From the NCBI GenBank assembly GCA_012026655.1, contig JAAILG010001238.1:1-64000 (forward strand): a stretch of DNA of 64,000 nucleotides. Direction: 5' to 3'. The notes beneath the pieces were generated by a model, which did no database searches, was not told where the DNA came from, and was given only the letters and a program-made list of their open reading frames with translations. Each line of letters starts with the position of its first letter. Within the stretch, counting starts at the first letter, position 1. Of this stretch, positions 1 through 12,477 are shown piece by piece. The position numbers and the translations under genes are program-made. The stretch comes from Hydrolagus affinis (Eukaryota).

Positions 1-2438
1 GCTATGTGGTGGAAAGCTGAATGCTTAACAACTGAAATAAGGAGTAAAATAAATGTGTGTTAAAATCTATTTTTGTTTCACTTTTGCGAGAGGTGTCAGA
101 TTTTCACAGAAGGCATCTCTCTCTTCCTGTGAAAATGTTGCTATCATGAACAGATAGAAGGTTGCAGCCAACAGCAGAACAATTTGCATTCCTCCTCTTT
201 AAGCTTCAAAGGGTGAGTGCAAAAGCCCCAAATATGTCAACTAAAATAATGACACAATTGCAAGAAAAAGTGTCAATTTAGAAATACTGAAATTTGCATC
301 TCCCGAAGCATTCAATTATTCAGCCTTCAACAAGGTATTTAACATTCATTTCAGTAACAGCATAATACTGTTTAGATATTTTTGTAGGTGAAATTTGAGC
401 AAATACATCCATATTGGATTGCTGTCACTTGCTTTTCTTGTGTTATTTAACAATGTCCAACTTAATTTTGGACACGATACCTGTAGTATCTTTTATTCGA
501 TGAGTGCACATAAACTCACACAGAGAAACAAAAGCCTAGAATTCCTGTTCTTTAAAAGAAACAACAGGTTATATGAAAGTCTTTGCGTTGTATGTTCAAA
601 CATCAAAGTACGATTAATTGAGGGCTCTTTTTCCCCATCGTCTCAACGAGTTATATTTTGAATGAAGTCTTTACTTTTAGAATTTCAATTGTGATTCTCT
701 GCTTGGCTCTCTTTCATCACTACTCAATTTCCTTCCATCAACTAATATTCTCCACAAAAACAAAAGCCACACATTAAACACCTGTTTAAGTCTTACAGAA
801 CACAATAAATATCTGTTTAAAATGTGTTACTGGTGTGACAAACAAAATGGAATGTGTATCTGAATAACATTTGTAGATCACAATACTGGAAGTTGAGGGA
901 ACACTGCGTGTGTTGAATTAAGTACTCTTTAAGTACTCTTCAAATTCACTAGCTTCTGATTGTGATTATGATTTTAGAAAAAAAATCATTCCTTCACTTG
1001 TTTTTTTCAGCATATAAAGGGAATTGCAAATATTAAAAGCTACCCACAATATGGTTTCCACTGCTAGAAAATAAGAAACAGCCAGCACTGGGATAACAGT
1101 CTTGAAGCAGAGTAAATTTTGATCTGTGGATTTTAACAGGGTCAAACCAAAAAGGCTGCAGTTTTCCAATATTTTACACTCCAATAAAACTCAAATGCAT
1201 TTGTTGGTGTCGAGTGCTGTTTCTCTCCATTTCATTTGATGAGTTTCTCACACTGGATAATAGTGTGAGAAATAATTTCTACACTGGATAAAGAAAGCTA
1301 AACTACGCAGGCAGATCATTCTTAATCTAACTTGTCTCAAGATTCTTTGTAAAAGTGAAAATTAAGGATTCCCGTTCCAGGCAGATTTTACAGATGTAAA
1401 ACTATAGAAATTACAAAGGGAAATGCTCCCTCAGAAAGTACATACAAACAAAGCTCTTTTATTTTAAAGCTTTATGTATAAATAACCATTCTAAGAAACA
1501 ATCCTGTCAAAATAATCCTAAAGGAAACCTATTATTTTCTATTCATATCAGAACATATCATAGTTTGTCAATTCATTGCTTCCCACAAATGTCTAGTCAT
1601 CCATTTGGTCTCACTTGCCGAATGGAAACACTTTAAAAGTGCAACAAAAGGAGGAGGTTTTAATTTCCTGAGTCATAAGTACAAGCATTTACAAAAATAA
1701 TTAATTGCATTTGTATTAAATATGCATCAGTAATAATACAAATCAGCACAGTGCATTCTGAATCTTTCAAATAAACTATATTTCAAGAATATTACTAACC
1801 ATCATTCAGCAATCACTTTTACCAGTTCTTTCCTTAGGCTGTAGCAGTGGGTGGTGACACTTAAGGTCTGTTGGTTACTGATTAACTGGTTGGATAACCA
1901 TTAATCAGGCAAAAAAAATAGGTCAACTAATCAACGCCACCATCAAATCAGTAATTGGGATGGTTCCCAAGTTGAAAATAGTTGAGAATGTCACTTATCA
2001 AACGGTCATAAAATAGATATAATTCTATAATTTTTGATCCTGAATACATGAAAAAGTTACATGGTTGCACATTCAGTTATTCTGTGTGCATGCTTCTGTC
2101 TTCCTGGTCAATCTGCATAACCTTAAAGTCTTTTCTTTGCTCAGCTAATTAATTTGACTAAATATCTTTAACTGATTCAAATTTCACATATTAGTAGTCA
2201 TGTGAACACATGCCAGTGCCAAATTTTATAATATTAATAAGGCTCCATAGTGTTTTAAGAAATGTATAAGCAACAGAAGATAAGACATACAAAAGGTTGT
2301 AGGAAAACTAGGAATTTATGTTTAAAAAAAAGTCCACTCATGTACAGATCTGTTTTTTCCCCCAGCAGAAACATGAATAAACATGTTGCTATTTAATCTT
2401 CTACTAAAATGAGCAGTGTGATATTCAAAAGCTAAAAG

Positions 2439-2850
2439 CTGGTGCAAGGGTTGAAGATGTCACCGAACGGGTACATAAAATTCTAGAGGGGAACATCCAG
2501 AAGTTGTGGTCCATGTAGGGACCCATGATATTGGGAGGAAGAGGCCTGAGATGCTCCAGGGAGAATATCAGAAGCTGGGAAAAAAGCTGAAAACTGGAAC
2601 CTCGAAGGTGGTGATCTCTGGATTACTCCCAGTGCCTCGAGCAAGTGAATTTCTAAACAGTAGGATAAAGCACATGAATGCTTGGCTGGAGAAGTGGTAT
2701 AGAAAGAAGGGCTTCAGGTTCCTGGATCATTGGGACCAGTTCTGGGGCAGGTGGAACCTGTACAAGATAGATGGGTTACACCTGAACAAGGCTGGGACCA
2801 ATGTCCTTGCAGGGAGATTATCTAACGCTGTAGGGGAGCGTTTAAACTAA
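2439..2850 (+). pseudogene. CR1 ORF1 remnant, SGNH/GDSL-esterase-like domain
   Basis: ORF 2506..2850 has a GxND-like block (VHVGTHD) and a DxxH block (DGLHLN), typical of CR1 ORF1 esterases. It is 5'-truncated. Confidence 0.88.
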
Positions 2851-2959
2851 TTTTGAGGGGGGATGGGAATGCATACAATAGTTCAGTGAGACGAGGGGTA
2901 AGACAGGGGACACGGGGAAGGGTAGGACAAGAGAAAAGTATAGAGCAGGCCAATTCTGT

Positions 2960-3660
2960 CTTTAAGTGCATATATGCAAATGCACGTAGTTTGACAAACA
3001 AAATTGGTGAGCTGCAGGCTCAAGTTGCTGCAAGGGACACCGTTAGGGGTATACTATAGACCACCAAATAGTGGGAAGGAGATAGACGAGCAGATCTACA
3101 AGCAGATTTCAGAAAGATGCAGAGCTAATAGAGTAATGATATTGGGTGACTTTAATTATCCCGACATCAACTGGCAGAACAGTAGCGTAAAGGGCAAGGA
3201 GGGAGAAGAATTTCTGAAATGCGTACAGGACAACTTTCTTGATCAATATTTTTCCAGTCCAACAAGGAAGGAAGCAATTCTGGATCTAGTTTTGGCGAAT
3301 GAGGTGGGGCAAGTAGAGCGGGTTTCTGTAGGTGAGCACCTGGGGAATAGTGATCACAATATCATTAGGTTCAGTGTAATTATGGAAAGGGATAGGGAAC
3401 ACTCAAAGGTGAAGACACTTAACTGGAAGAAGGCTAATTTTAGTGAGCTAAAGCGGGACCTAGCCAAGGTGGACTGGAAAGAAAGATTGGCAAGTAAAAC
3501 GACTAACAAGCAGTGGGCAGTTTTCAAGGAAGAGGAAGGGCACAGGTTAGAAACATTCCAACAAAGGTAAAATGTAGAGTATCTAAACCTCCCTGGATGA
3601 CTAGGGCAATTGGGTTGAAAATAAAGCAAAAAAAAGGAGGCTTATGAAAAGTGTCAGGCC
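2960..3660 (+). pseudogene. CR1 ORF2 apurinic-endonuclease domain remnant (frameshifted, internally deleted)
   Basis: ORFs 2853..3059 (KCIYANARSLTNKIGEL) and 3004..3570 (YRPP, GDFN, LDLVL, SDH motifs, then LNWKKANF...VDW). Confidence 0.9.
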
Positions 3661-5138
3661 CAGAATCTGGAATGCATTGCCTGAAAAGGTGGTGGAGGCA
3701 GATTCCATAAGAGTTTTTAAAACGGAACTAGATCTTTATTTAGGAAGAGCAGGTCTGTTAGGTTATGGCGAGAAAGCTGGGTAGTGGGATTGAGTTGCTC
3801 TGTTCAAAGAGCCAGCACAGACGAGATGGGCCGAATGGCCTCCTTTTGTGCCGTATAATTCTATGATACTAAAATTATGAGGCAGATTCGGCCCTCTCAT
3901 TGTCATCAATGACTCTCTGCCTGTTTAGAGCACTTGAGCAGCTGCAGGCACATCCAAATTGTGTGATTAAAAAAGTTGGGCGTCAAAAAGCTGGCTTTAA
4001 AATACCCTTTTGCTGTGTTTTGGGACAATGATTTGATAGTGAAGTGAAGCATATCGTGTACATTCTGTCACAATTAGCACACTGACTCGCAGTTTACAAA
4101 CGGTGCATTTTGGACCCCATTATTTCTTGATAAATTTTAATCACCAAATTTCTCACGTGTCTCAAAGGAAAGGATTTTAGCGTTCTCAATATTAAAAGGC
4201 AGCAATATCTCACTCAGTAGGACGTGCTGGAATGTGGAATAATAATATCTGAATCAGATATTACCTTTGCTTCTGTAATTAATAATTTGACCTTTCCTTA
4301 AGCAGCTGGTCTCCTAGCTTTCATTGCCCATCTATCAAAATAAACAGATTACCCGGCACACCTGGATAACTTTCTCCATTTTCTGAAGTTCAAGATGTTA
4401 AAATAAATCCTATTCTAAAGAATCGTGTGCTTGGACTACAGATGAGTTACCTCATTCACTAAGTACCTCTATGCTTCATGGTCTTTGATTATAACTAACA
4501 AGATCTCTTTCTCTGTCATTAGCCATAAGAATTAGGGCCTACATTCCTATTCTTCTTAGGTTTTTAAGGTAATTTTGAGGTAATGTTTAAATATTTTCAA
4601 TATAGGTGACAACAGTTATAGTAGAAATAATGTTCCATAGTTTATGGAATCAAAGCAAGATAAATTGATTTAAAATTGTCATTGAAATTGTGTGATATAG
4701 ATGAATGAGTTAGGAAATGGATGCTGCCGTGCATAAGAACATGATCATTTTATGATTGAAGACACAAGTAAAGCTCTAAGTAACGATACAGACAAAAACT
4801 CAAAAGAAAAACATTATTGAAACTAAATTACTAAACCTTTGCCAAGTCATACAAAATCTGTGTATCTATTGTGTGCAATGTACGACTAATAAAATCCATA
4901 GCTTCTTTATTTTTCTCCAGTTGGGAGATAACTATTTCTAAACATCTCTAGTTGTCATTCGGAGTGTGAACGAGAAATTCAACAGTAGTATGTGGCTGCA
5001 CAGCAAGGAATATCCAACCAAGTGACACCAACTGCAACAGGAGTCAAGAATCAGCATTAACAATTTGTGGAGAATGCCTGAACCACTTAAATGCTCAGCT
5101 GAAGTGGAAAGAAATTACAAACGTGAAAGACGATAACC

Positions 5139-5207
5139 TGGGACTTCCTTCGGACTTCCTCCCGATGTGAAAGGCGCTCTATAAATGTAATTTTGTTGTT
5201 GTTGTTG
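5139..5207 (+). mobile_element. L2 LINE 3' terminal fragment (~65 bp)
   Basis: cctcccgatgtgaaaggcgctctataaatgtaattt(tgt)n closely matches the ends of the longer L2 copies at 9441 and 52881. Confidence 0.85.
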
Positions 5208-5847
5208 CTCTATCTCTGGCAATAGGACAGTGAGGTATGCTGAGGAGGCAAAGGAGTCATCCTGGTGTTTTACATTACAAGATAGTCCCACTGTGATTTT
5301 ATTCTTCCAAATGTGAATCCTGCAGTCCATATATTCATAAATTGAACACGTGAATTAGATGACAAAGAGATGCTTTTCTTGAGTAAACTCTGCCTCCGTG
5401 CCATTTTGGTTTCAAGGATAACTCTTAATGCAAAGCAAATGGGCAACTTGTAAATCTTTATTCTAGTACAGATGTTATTCACCTTTTGGACATAATGGAA
5501 CCAAAAAGCTTCTTTTGTGTGCAATTGTATGACAAATGGTTTGGTTCCATCATTTTATTTCCAATATTCTTGGTGTGAACAATCATTTGTATTGTTAGTC
5601 TTTTTAAAGACAACTGGGTAGCTATACTAAGCTTGCGGTCCTCATATCAATTTCTTTGTTTCCCCAAGATGAACAGCAGTGCAATAAAAATGCTTTATGT
5701 AGCACTTTGGGCTTGTACTCCAATACTCTCCAGTGATTATGGGAATATTTTCAAGCTATTTCTCATAGTTCAATAATTTTTCTATTTAACATCATTATAT
5801 TATGCATCCCCTCTCCCCCCAAAAAGTTAACATATGCAATATGAACA

Positions 5848-5900
5848 CAGAAACATAGATGGAACGAGAAAAGGCCATTTTGGTCTATCACATGTCCACT
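5848..5900 (-). mobile_element. Old CR1 3' UTR remnant
   Basis: cacagaaacatag...gaaaaggccatt resembles the reverse complement of the CR1 end at 3830-3867. Confidence 0.45.
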
Positions 5901-8269
5901 TTTGTCACAGACTTTATATAATCATCGCTGCCATGGATTCCACTTATAAAATCATCTGAGAGAAATTTCTGCACCATGTCTCCCGGAGCAAAAATCATAA
6001 TGTTCACCTATGCTGCTGCTCAGCTATTGGAGGCAACCTAAGTGGGAACAATAAGCCTGATCCTCAGTGGCAGAGGAGTGATGTGAACTGATTAAATACA
6101 TTACTCAACTAAATGGAGATCTTACAACCCATTGTTTGCATAGAATGGTAGTGGAAGCAGTTCCACTGGATATACCTACTGAATTCCACTATAAGATAAG
6201 CATGAGTACAAGTGACAAACATGAGAGCAAGGTACTGTTTTTGTGATAGAAAGCAACAGTATGTTTTTCTCTACAGCAGTTAAAATTATGCGATTGTGTT
6301 GAGTTTAATCCTCCTTTAACGCTGATCAATTTTGGATTAATTTCTCTTCTGTTTCCTTCCTCATTCCTACAAACATTTGTGGATTATAAATATTTCACTT
6401 GTTAACACAAAACAAGATTAAAGCTAATAGAGACCTGAGCAGTACAAGTCCTCCTTTTGATTATGTTATTTGGATGAATGTTTAAAAAGTTTAAAGCTCA
6501 AATGAACGTTCAAGGTCCTTCTGGTTGCCAAAGAGTTTGTTTCCAGGTATTTCCAGTGTAGCTCAGACTTCAAAAACTAGACACCACTTTCAAAATAATA
6601 ATGTCTCTCTCGCTCTTGATATTCATGGCACAGTCTAGCATCTGTGTGTTTGGTTTAAAATTAGGAATCAAGGTCACACATAATTAACTAGAGTTAAGAG
6701 CTTTCAAATATATTCTAAGCGACACTTTATGTAAAAATGAAAGGCCTTTTTTTTTGTTTATTCCTGAACACGTATTGTGGTTATCAGTCTCCATTTCTCT
6801 TTCATCTGCCATCTCTTATGTGCTCATTTCTTTGCACATTTTAGTTTCAGACAGAATAAGCAGCAAGTAGATTTCAAAGTCCTCCAAACTTAATTTGGTT
6901 GGGTAGCTTAGTGTACTTGGTGCTGTCAGCTACATCAGAGATGAGGAGAATAAATGCCAGAATGATCACATTATGAATTCATACATTAGTATGAAGGATA
7001 AGTGAATTTTGGAAGTTGTACTCACTCCCTTCTTCAATTGGAACTGTTAATTAATTTCTTTCTTCACTTGTGGGGGAAGGAAGGGGAGCATGATTGGTTT
7101 GGGGACCTTTAATAACCTCCGCCAGGTATCTGTATGATTTTTTTAAGACAGGTAACTTTTATAGAGCAACATTGGATGTCCTACCTTTCATTTGAAGAAG
7201 AAAGTTTTCAATTGAATGGGATTCAGCCAATGAATCCAACAGGAATAGGAGCTAGCCTCCAGAGGTTGAAGAGACCTGGAATTTAAATGTTGCTTCTTTG
7301 AATGTGAAAGAACAACTCTATAGTTAGAAATAATGTCTGGTAGAACCGCAGATTAATGCTTTATAGGAAAACTCGAGGCCCCAAAGCGCCTGTGGTTCGT
7401 AATTTGTTTTTTTCAATGATAAATTTGAGATTGTCTCAAAACAATAATGGGAGAATGGGAAACATTATAGGTGAACTCTCACAGTGTGGAACTTCCTCTC
7501 CGGTGACACATTTTTGTTAATGTCAACTGGCTTGATAGAGTGGAGCTGGAGACGACTGGTGCAAGCAAAGATTAACTGCAAATTTGATCCCAGTAGATTT
7601 GGGGCACATACAAACTGCACTGGGCAACAAATGGGTAAGCCACAGATTTTGTTTTCATAATATAAAGTGTCCTCTAATCTATTTCAACAAAGGATGGTTA
7701 ATTTTGCACAGCTATGTATTATAATTCATGAACTATATGCAGGAACTCATTAATACTACTGGCAATAAAGTGACATGGTTTTAATCTGGTGACATGTTCT
7801 TTTTGAAAAAGATAGGTCATTAATACAATTGTTTTTGAGGGCCTCTTTGGCCTGGTCTTGTTGATGCTTGGCAGTCAGTACATGTGTGCTGTGTAAAGTT
7901 CATCTTCAGGATATAAGGTAAACTATTTCCAAGCTACAGAAATTGATTTGTAATAAACCTTTGGGTGGAATGATTTATTTTGCACGATGGATCAATTATT
8001 AGAGCTGGGATCAATAGCTGCGAGGCAGCTGACATTGATGGCTGTATGGCTGACAAACCCCAAATAGTTTTTTACCGAATCATTGCAGAACCATGACGCA
8101 GAGGATGATGAATCAAAGATGGAAGGAAAAAGAACATAAAATATGGCAAAGGTAGCTGAAGGTGAAAGAGGAAGCCAACCAGAAAATAGCAGGAGGCAGA
8201 AAAAGAGGTCTTGAGGGCGATCACAAGTTTCTTTTAGAAAAAATAACATTTACAACCAAAGGAACGATC

Positions 8270-8432
8270 CTTTGAGAAATCATTGTGTTGTGAATTTTAC
8301 AACTGTTGCATATCCTCTAGGTGTGTTTCCCACAAAGTGCACGATCAATACACTTCACAATAAATCCTGTGAAGTGCTTTGAGACATTCTCCTAACATGA
8401 AGGCATTACATCAAATGCAAGGATTATTATTT
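8270..8432 (+). mobile_element. Degenerate SINE 3' half
   Basis: ctgtgaagtgctttgagacatt...tcaaatgcaaggattattatt tail shared with the full SINE copies. Confidence 0.75.
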
Positions 8433-9259
8433 GTTAAGATTATTATCAACAAGCGATAAAATAAAACAGTTTTCTTCAACTCAAGACTGCATGAAAATAT
8501 ATGTCGACAGAGATGAAAATAGAAGAGTGGATCTTTTACAGTCTGATCACAAGAAAGGTCAAGATGCAGCATTATATGTGGCTTGCTCACAAGAGCCATA
8601 AAAACTATTGTCACTAGATGTGCATGCATAAAAAATAAACAAATCATCCAAACAACTCACCACACTGGCCAACTATTTACCTGAAATAAATAATTATACC
8701 CGTGGCTTATCCAAACACTCATTCGATTTTTTTTTAATGGTTTGCTGTAAATTTAAATGAAATGCTCTCTTTTTAATTGGTGAAACAGTATCTTGTTTGC
8801 TTGAAGAATTGGAAGCAGGCGTGGAACTGATGCTCGTCTGAATCTGGCCTCTAATTGATAATGTAAATATGATGAATTCAGCAATCTGAGTCAGCTTTGT
8901 CGCAAACTCATCTCTCGGGGAAACAGATGGTGAATAACTATCCTTGGAGCTCAAGAAAAAGAAGGGAAGTCTGCTATTCAAAAGGCAAACACTTCTAAAG
9001 TCTGTTTTAAATCAGGACTTTCAATAAAGTTCATGGTCCGTGTTTGTGTGGGTGTTTTTCTTTTTTTAATAAATGGATAGGCGAATGTGCACAGAAATTT
9101 GACCTGAGTGCACACATTTGCAATTTCATAAAGTCTGCCTACGAAAATATGATGGAGTTATTGGCTAGAAGCCCAAAGTGTAAATAGGATGTTTTCAGTC
9201 AGTACGCCATTATAGATTAAATTAATCATTCGAGATTGAGGCCACAAGTAGTATATATA

Positions 9260-9395
9260 ATAATACTTGCATTTAATATCATATTGAAAGATCTCAAAGT
9301 GCTTTAGAATAATTACTGTTGGTTAGTGACTGTGTATTTGTAGATGAATATGGCAGCTAATTTGGACCACCTCCTACAAACAGGCAACTGATCAA
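9260..9395 (-). mobile_element. Degenerate SINE/DeuSINE-type 3' half
   Basis: taatacttgcattt...tctcaaagtgcttt...ggcagctaattt...ctacaaacag is the reverse complement of the SINE body and tail. Confidence 0.6.
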
Positions 9396-9440
9396 TTTAT
9401 CTGGAGGATGTTATATTCTGTATTTATAACATTCCTATCT

Positions 9441-9725
9441 GACATCGGAGGCTGGGCCTTCAGTTTTTCTGCTCCGACCCTATGGAATTCCATCCCCCAA
9501 TCCCTCTGTCTCGTTTCTTCCCTTTCCTCTTTCAAGGCCGGTTTGAAGACTTTTCTCTTCGACCGTGCCTTTTGTTCCACCCCGAATTCTTCAACCTCCC
9601 CTACGTGTTTCACCCCTTCCCGTACACTCCCCTCCCAGCTCGGGTCACATGCCTCCTGTGCAGCGCCTTGGGACATCCTCCCGACGTGAAAGGCGCTTTA
9701 TAAGTGTAATTTGTTGTTGTTGTTG
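9441..9725 (+). mobile_element. L2 LINE 3' fragment
   Basis: ORF 9408..9689 contains IGGWAFSFSAPTLWNSIPQSL...SFKAGLKTFLF (L2 ORF2 C-terminus), followed by a pyrimidine-rich UTR, stem-loop and (TTG)n. Confidence 0.93.
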
Positions 9726-9838
9726 ACATAGTCATTTTATTTATGTAAACTTTGTTCACTCAGGTAGGTTAATTCTGACCAACTACTGTAATTCTATTTG
9801 TGATATATAAGTAAACAATGTCAAATACTCCAGTTAGT

Positions 9839-10159
9839 GGAACTCCTGTAGCTCAGTGGTTAGAGCACTCGCCTAACAAGCATGAGACTGGTGTTCGGAT
9901 CCAGGCAGGTCAGGGCGAAACCTTGGGCAAGTTTCCTTACTCCACATACCTAATAATAATCCGTCCAAAAAAAACCACAATTATAAAATTGGTCATTTCA
10001 ATCCACGACTGTTTGTGGGACACTGTTGTGCGCAATTGGCTGCCGCGTTTTGCCCACAAATATACAGTCAATTCACTTTACAGTATGTTCTGTGAAGCAC
10101 TTTCAGACGTTGAAAAGATGTGAAAAGTGCTATGTCAAATGCAAGGATTATTATTATTA
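9839..10159 (+). mobile_element. tRNA-derived SINE, full length, short subfamily
   Basis: Head with A box tagctcagtgg and B box gttcggatcc, body ccttgggcaagtttccttactccac, L2-like tail, (ATT)n. More than 20 related copies lie in the window. Confidence 0.95.
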
Positions 10160-12417
10160 GTTGAGAAATCACTTTTCATCATGAAAGTTGTTGATCATTA
10201 GTGTTTCAAACCAGTTCAAGGTGTTGATTCCACATTCAAAGAGGTTGATGGATTGAACCATTACATTGGTCGCTTTCAGCAGTAATGGTACCAGCAGTGC
10301 TTCATGCCTTTACACATGGATCTACTGCATTACATTAAGTATTACAATGTTACATTTTCACTGAAATCCTCGCATCTTTATTCCTATGCTTCATTTCTCT
10401 TCTTTTAAGAAAGAAAGTTGAAATGAATATCTCATTTTAACATGACATTTCTTCCAGTGTTTAAATTTTTTTTTTTAGGATGGGCAAGCTTTTGAAGATT
10501 AATAAAAGAACCAAACATAGCACAGGAATTGAAAATGTGCTGGTCTTTCCATTCAGAACCGCATCTTGCACTCTTCACCTTGTGTTGAAAAAGAACAAAC
10601 ATAAATTTAGAATAGTAATGAACCACGGGAAATAGATCCGGGATTTAGTAGGCACTATTGAAATAGTTACCATGCAGGGATGTCCCTGTGCTTCCAACAA
10701 ATACTAAAAAATTCAATTTTATATGTCACCTACTTATTTATTGTGTTCATGTTTCCACCAACCACCTGCCTGGGGACTTCATTCATTCTGCATCTAATTT
10801 ACAGTATTCATCCATTGTTGCCTGGAAAAAAAAAGCCCTGTTATGGTTTCAATGATTGAGGGTTAACACAAAAAGGGCAAAAACACTTCTAATTAATTGA
10901 ATTTTGCATTCACGCTTTGAGCATCTAGCAACACTTTCTACTATCACAAATGCTCTACTGCACGTGTTTCTTGAATATTTGCTCTGCAGCAGATAACTCT
11001 CAGAAAATTACTTAAGGAATCAATGCATCACCCACAAGCCTGCGTTAGCTTATCTGCTCTAAAAAGTGCTTTACAGACTGCAAGGTATAATATGCAGTCA
11101 ATTAATATGCCTAAATTAACATTCACAACAAGAGAGTACGTTCTGTTCTGGAATACGCTATTGATTCGAAGATTATTTTATACCCTGGGAAGAACATCAG
11201 TTCTCTTGCCTTAAAACACCAAGCATGATGCTCTGAGTCTGGATCACAGCAACTCGTTTTGTAAAATCTTTAGGGAACTCAGAAGTGTTCTTTCAGTGTT
11301 CAATTTAAATTGAGTCAAAATTTAATTTACTTCAATCTAAATTGACTGAGGCAAGCTGGCTACCCATGACAGCATCAAGAACATAGAACATCCATTGTTC
11401 TCTCTGCAGGTAATTGTAAAAGTTTCACCTGGGAGTACAATTTAGGACATTGATGCCATCCAGGGGTAAGAAATGAAGTGGAGTAAGAAAGCTCTCCTGA
11501 AAGAAAAAATCTGTTTCTTGAACTTTGTCCTTATTCAATATCCAACTACAATATACTCCTGAATCCTGACCCACAAAACAGGTGAACATTTCCTTTGCAT
11601 ATTCCCTTTTAGGCCAATTCATGAATCTATGCATAACATTTAGCACAATACCAGAGGATATAGGTTAATAAGCACCCTATTATTAGATGGAATGAGAGAC
11701 ATAGGCTTTGGGTACCAGAAACCCCACTCCCTACCACACACTAAAATGTAGTGTTCTCAAGACAGATGCCCATTTAGTTTAATTACAACACTGATTTCCA
11801 ATATAGGACATTTTGTTAAACAAAACAAGAGGAAAAACACTATCCCACAACACAATCAGATGTCACAATCGACGAGCATAGAGACCAGGTTTTAGGATAA
11901 GATAATTGGAAAACTGTTAGACAAACCACTTAGGTTGGTTGTTTGGAGACTCCATTTTAAGAAGAAATATATCCTGGTGCTCAATTCAACACAAACTGTA
12001 ATAAGGTATAAACTGAGTCGGGCTGAGGGTTGAGTGTTTGCCAAGTCATTGCACTCACAATTTCAGCTAAGTGGCTTGACTCACATCAATTTAAATGTGA
12101 AAGTGTAAATAAATCTTACCTTCTATTGAATAATCCCATTTCCATATTGCAGCTCAATTGGAAACAAAGTTTTTCAATTTTTACAATATTTACATTAACA
12201 AATAGCAAATAAACCTGAATTTTGAGATATTGTTTTTAACACAGCATAATGGATTTAGTGAGAGAGCATGTGTAATAAATTGCCACCAAAATAGTTGATA
12301 CTCCATCAATTACCTCCAGCTCCACCCCCCTACTCCCCCTAAATTGGATAAATATGTGCTTCAGTGATTATGAAGTACTGTACAGACTATAGCCAGGAAG
12401 GTCTCCATGGAATATAA

Positions 12418-12477
12418 ACAACTACAACAAAATTACATTTGTATAATGCCTTTTACGTTGGGAGGACGTCTCAAGGT
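12418..12477 (-). mobile_element. L2 3' terminal fragment
   Basis: caacaaaattacatttgtataatgccttttacgttgggaggacgtctcaagg is the reverse complement of the L2 end. Confidence 0.85.

Larger units (their letters stand above)
2439..3867 (+). mobile_element. CR1 LINE, 5'-truncated and internally deleted (ORF1 esterase part, partial endonuclease, ORF2 C-terminus, 3' UTR)
   Basis: ORF1 peptide VHVGTHDIG...VVISGLLP...DGLHLN. ORF2 motifs CIYANARSL, GVYYRPP, GDFNYPDINW, ILDLVL, LGNSDHNII. C-terminus IWNALPEKVVEADSIRVFKTELDLYL. CR1-type 3' end gatgggccgaatggcctcctt...ttctatgat. Confidence 0.95.

Noticed and set aside
4921-5135. Strong plus-strand acceptor and possible exon
   Set aside because: Early stops in all frames and no donor.
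9839-9910. tRNA gene call for the SINE heads
   Set aside because: A and B boxes are present, but there is no complete cloverleaf and each head runs into the SINE body.
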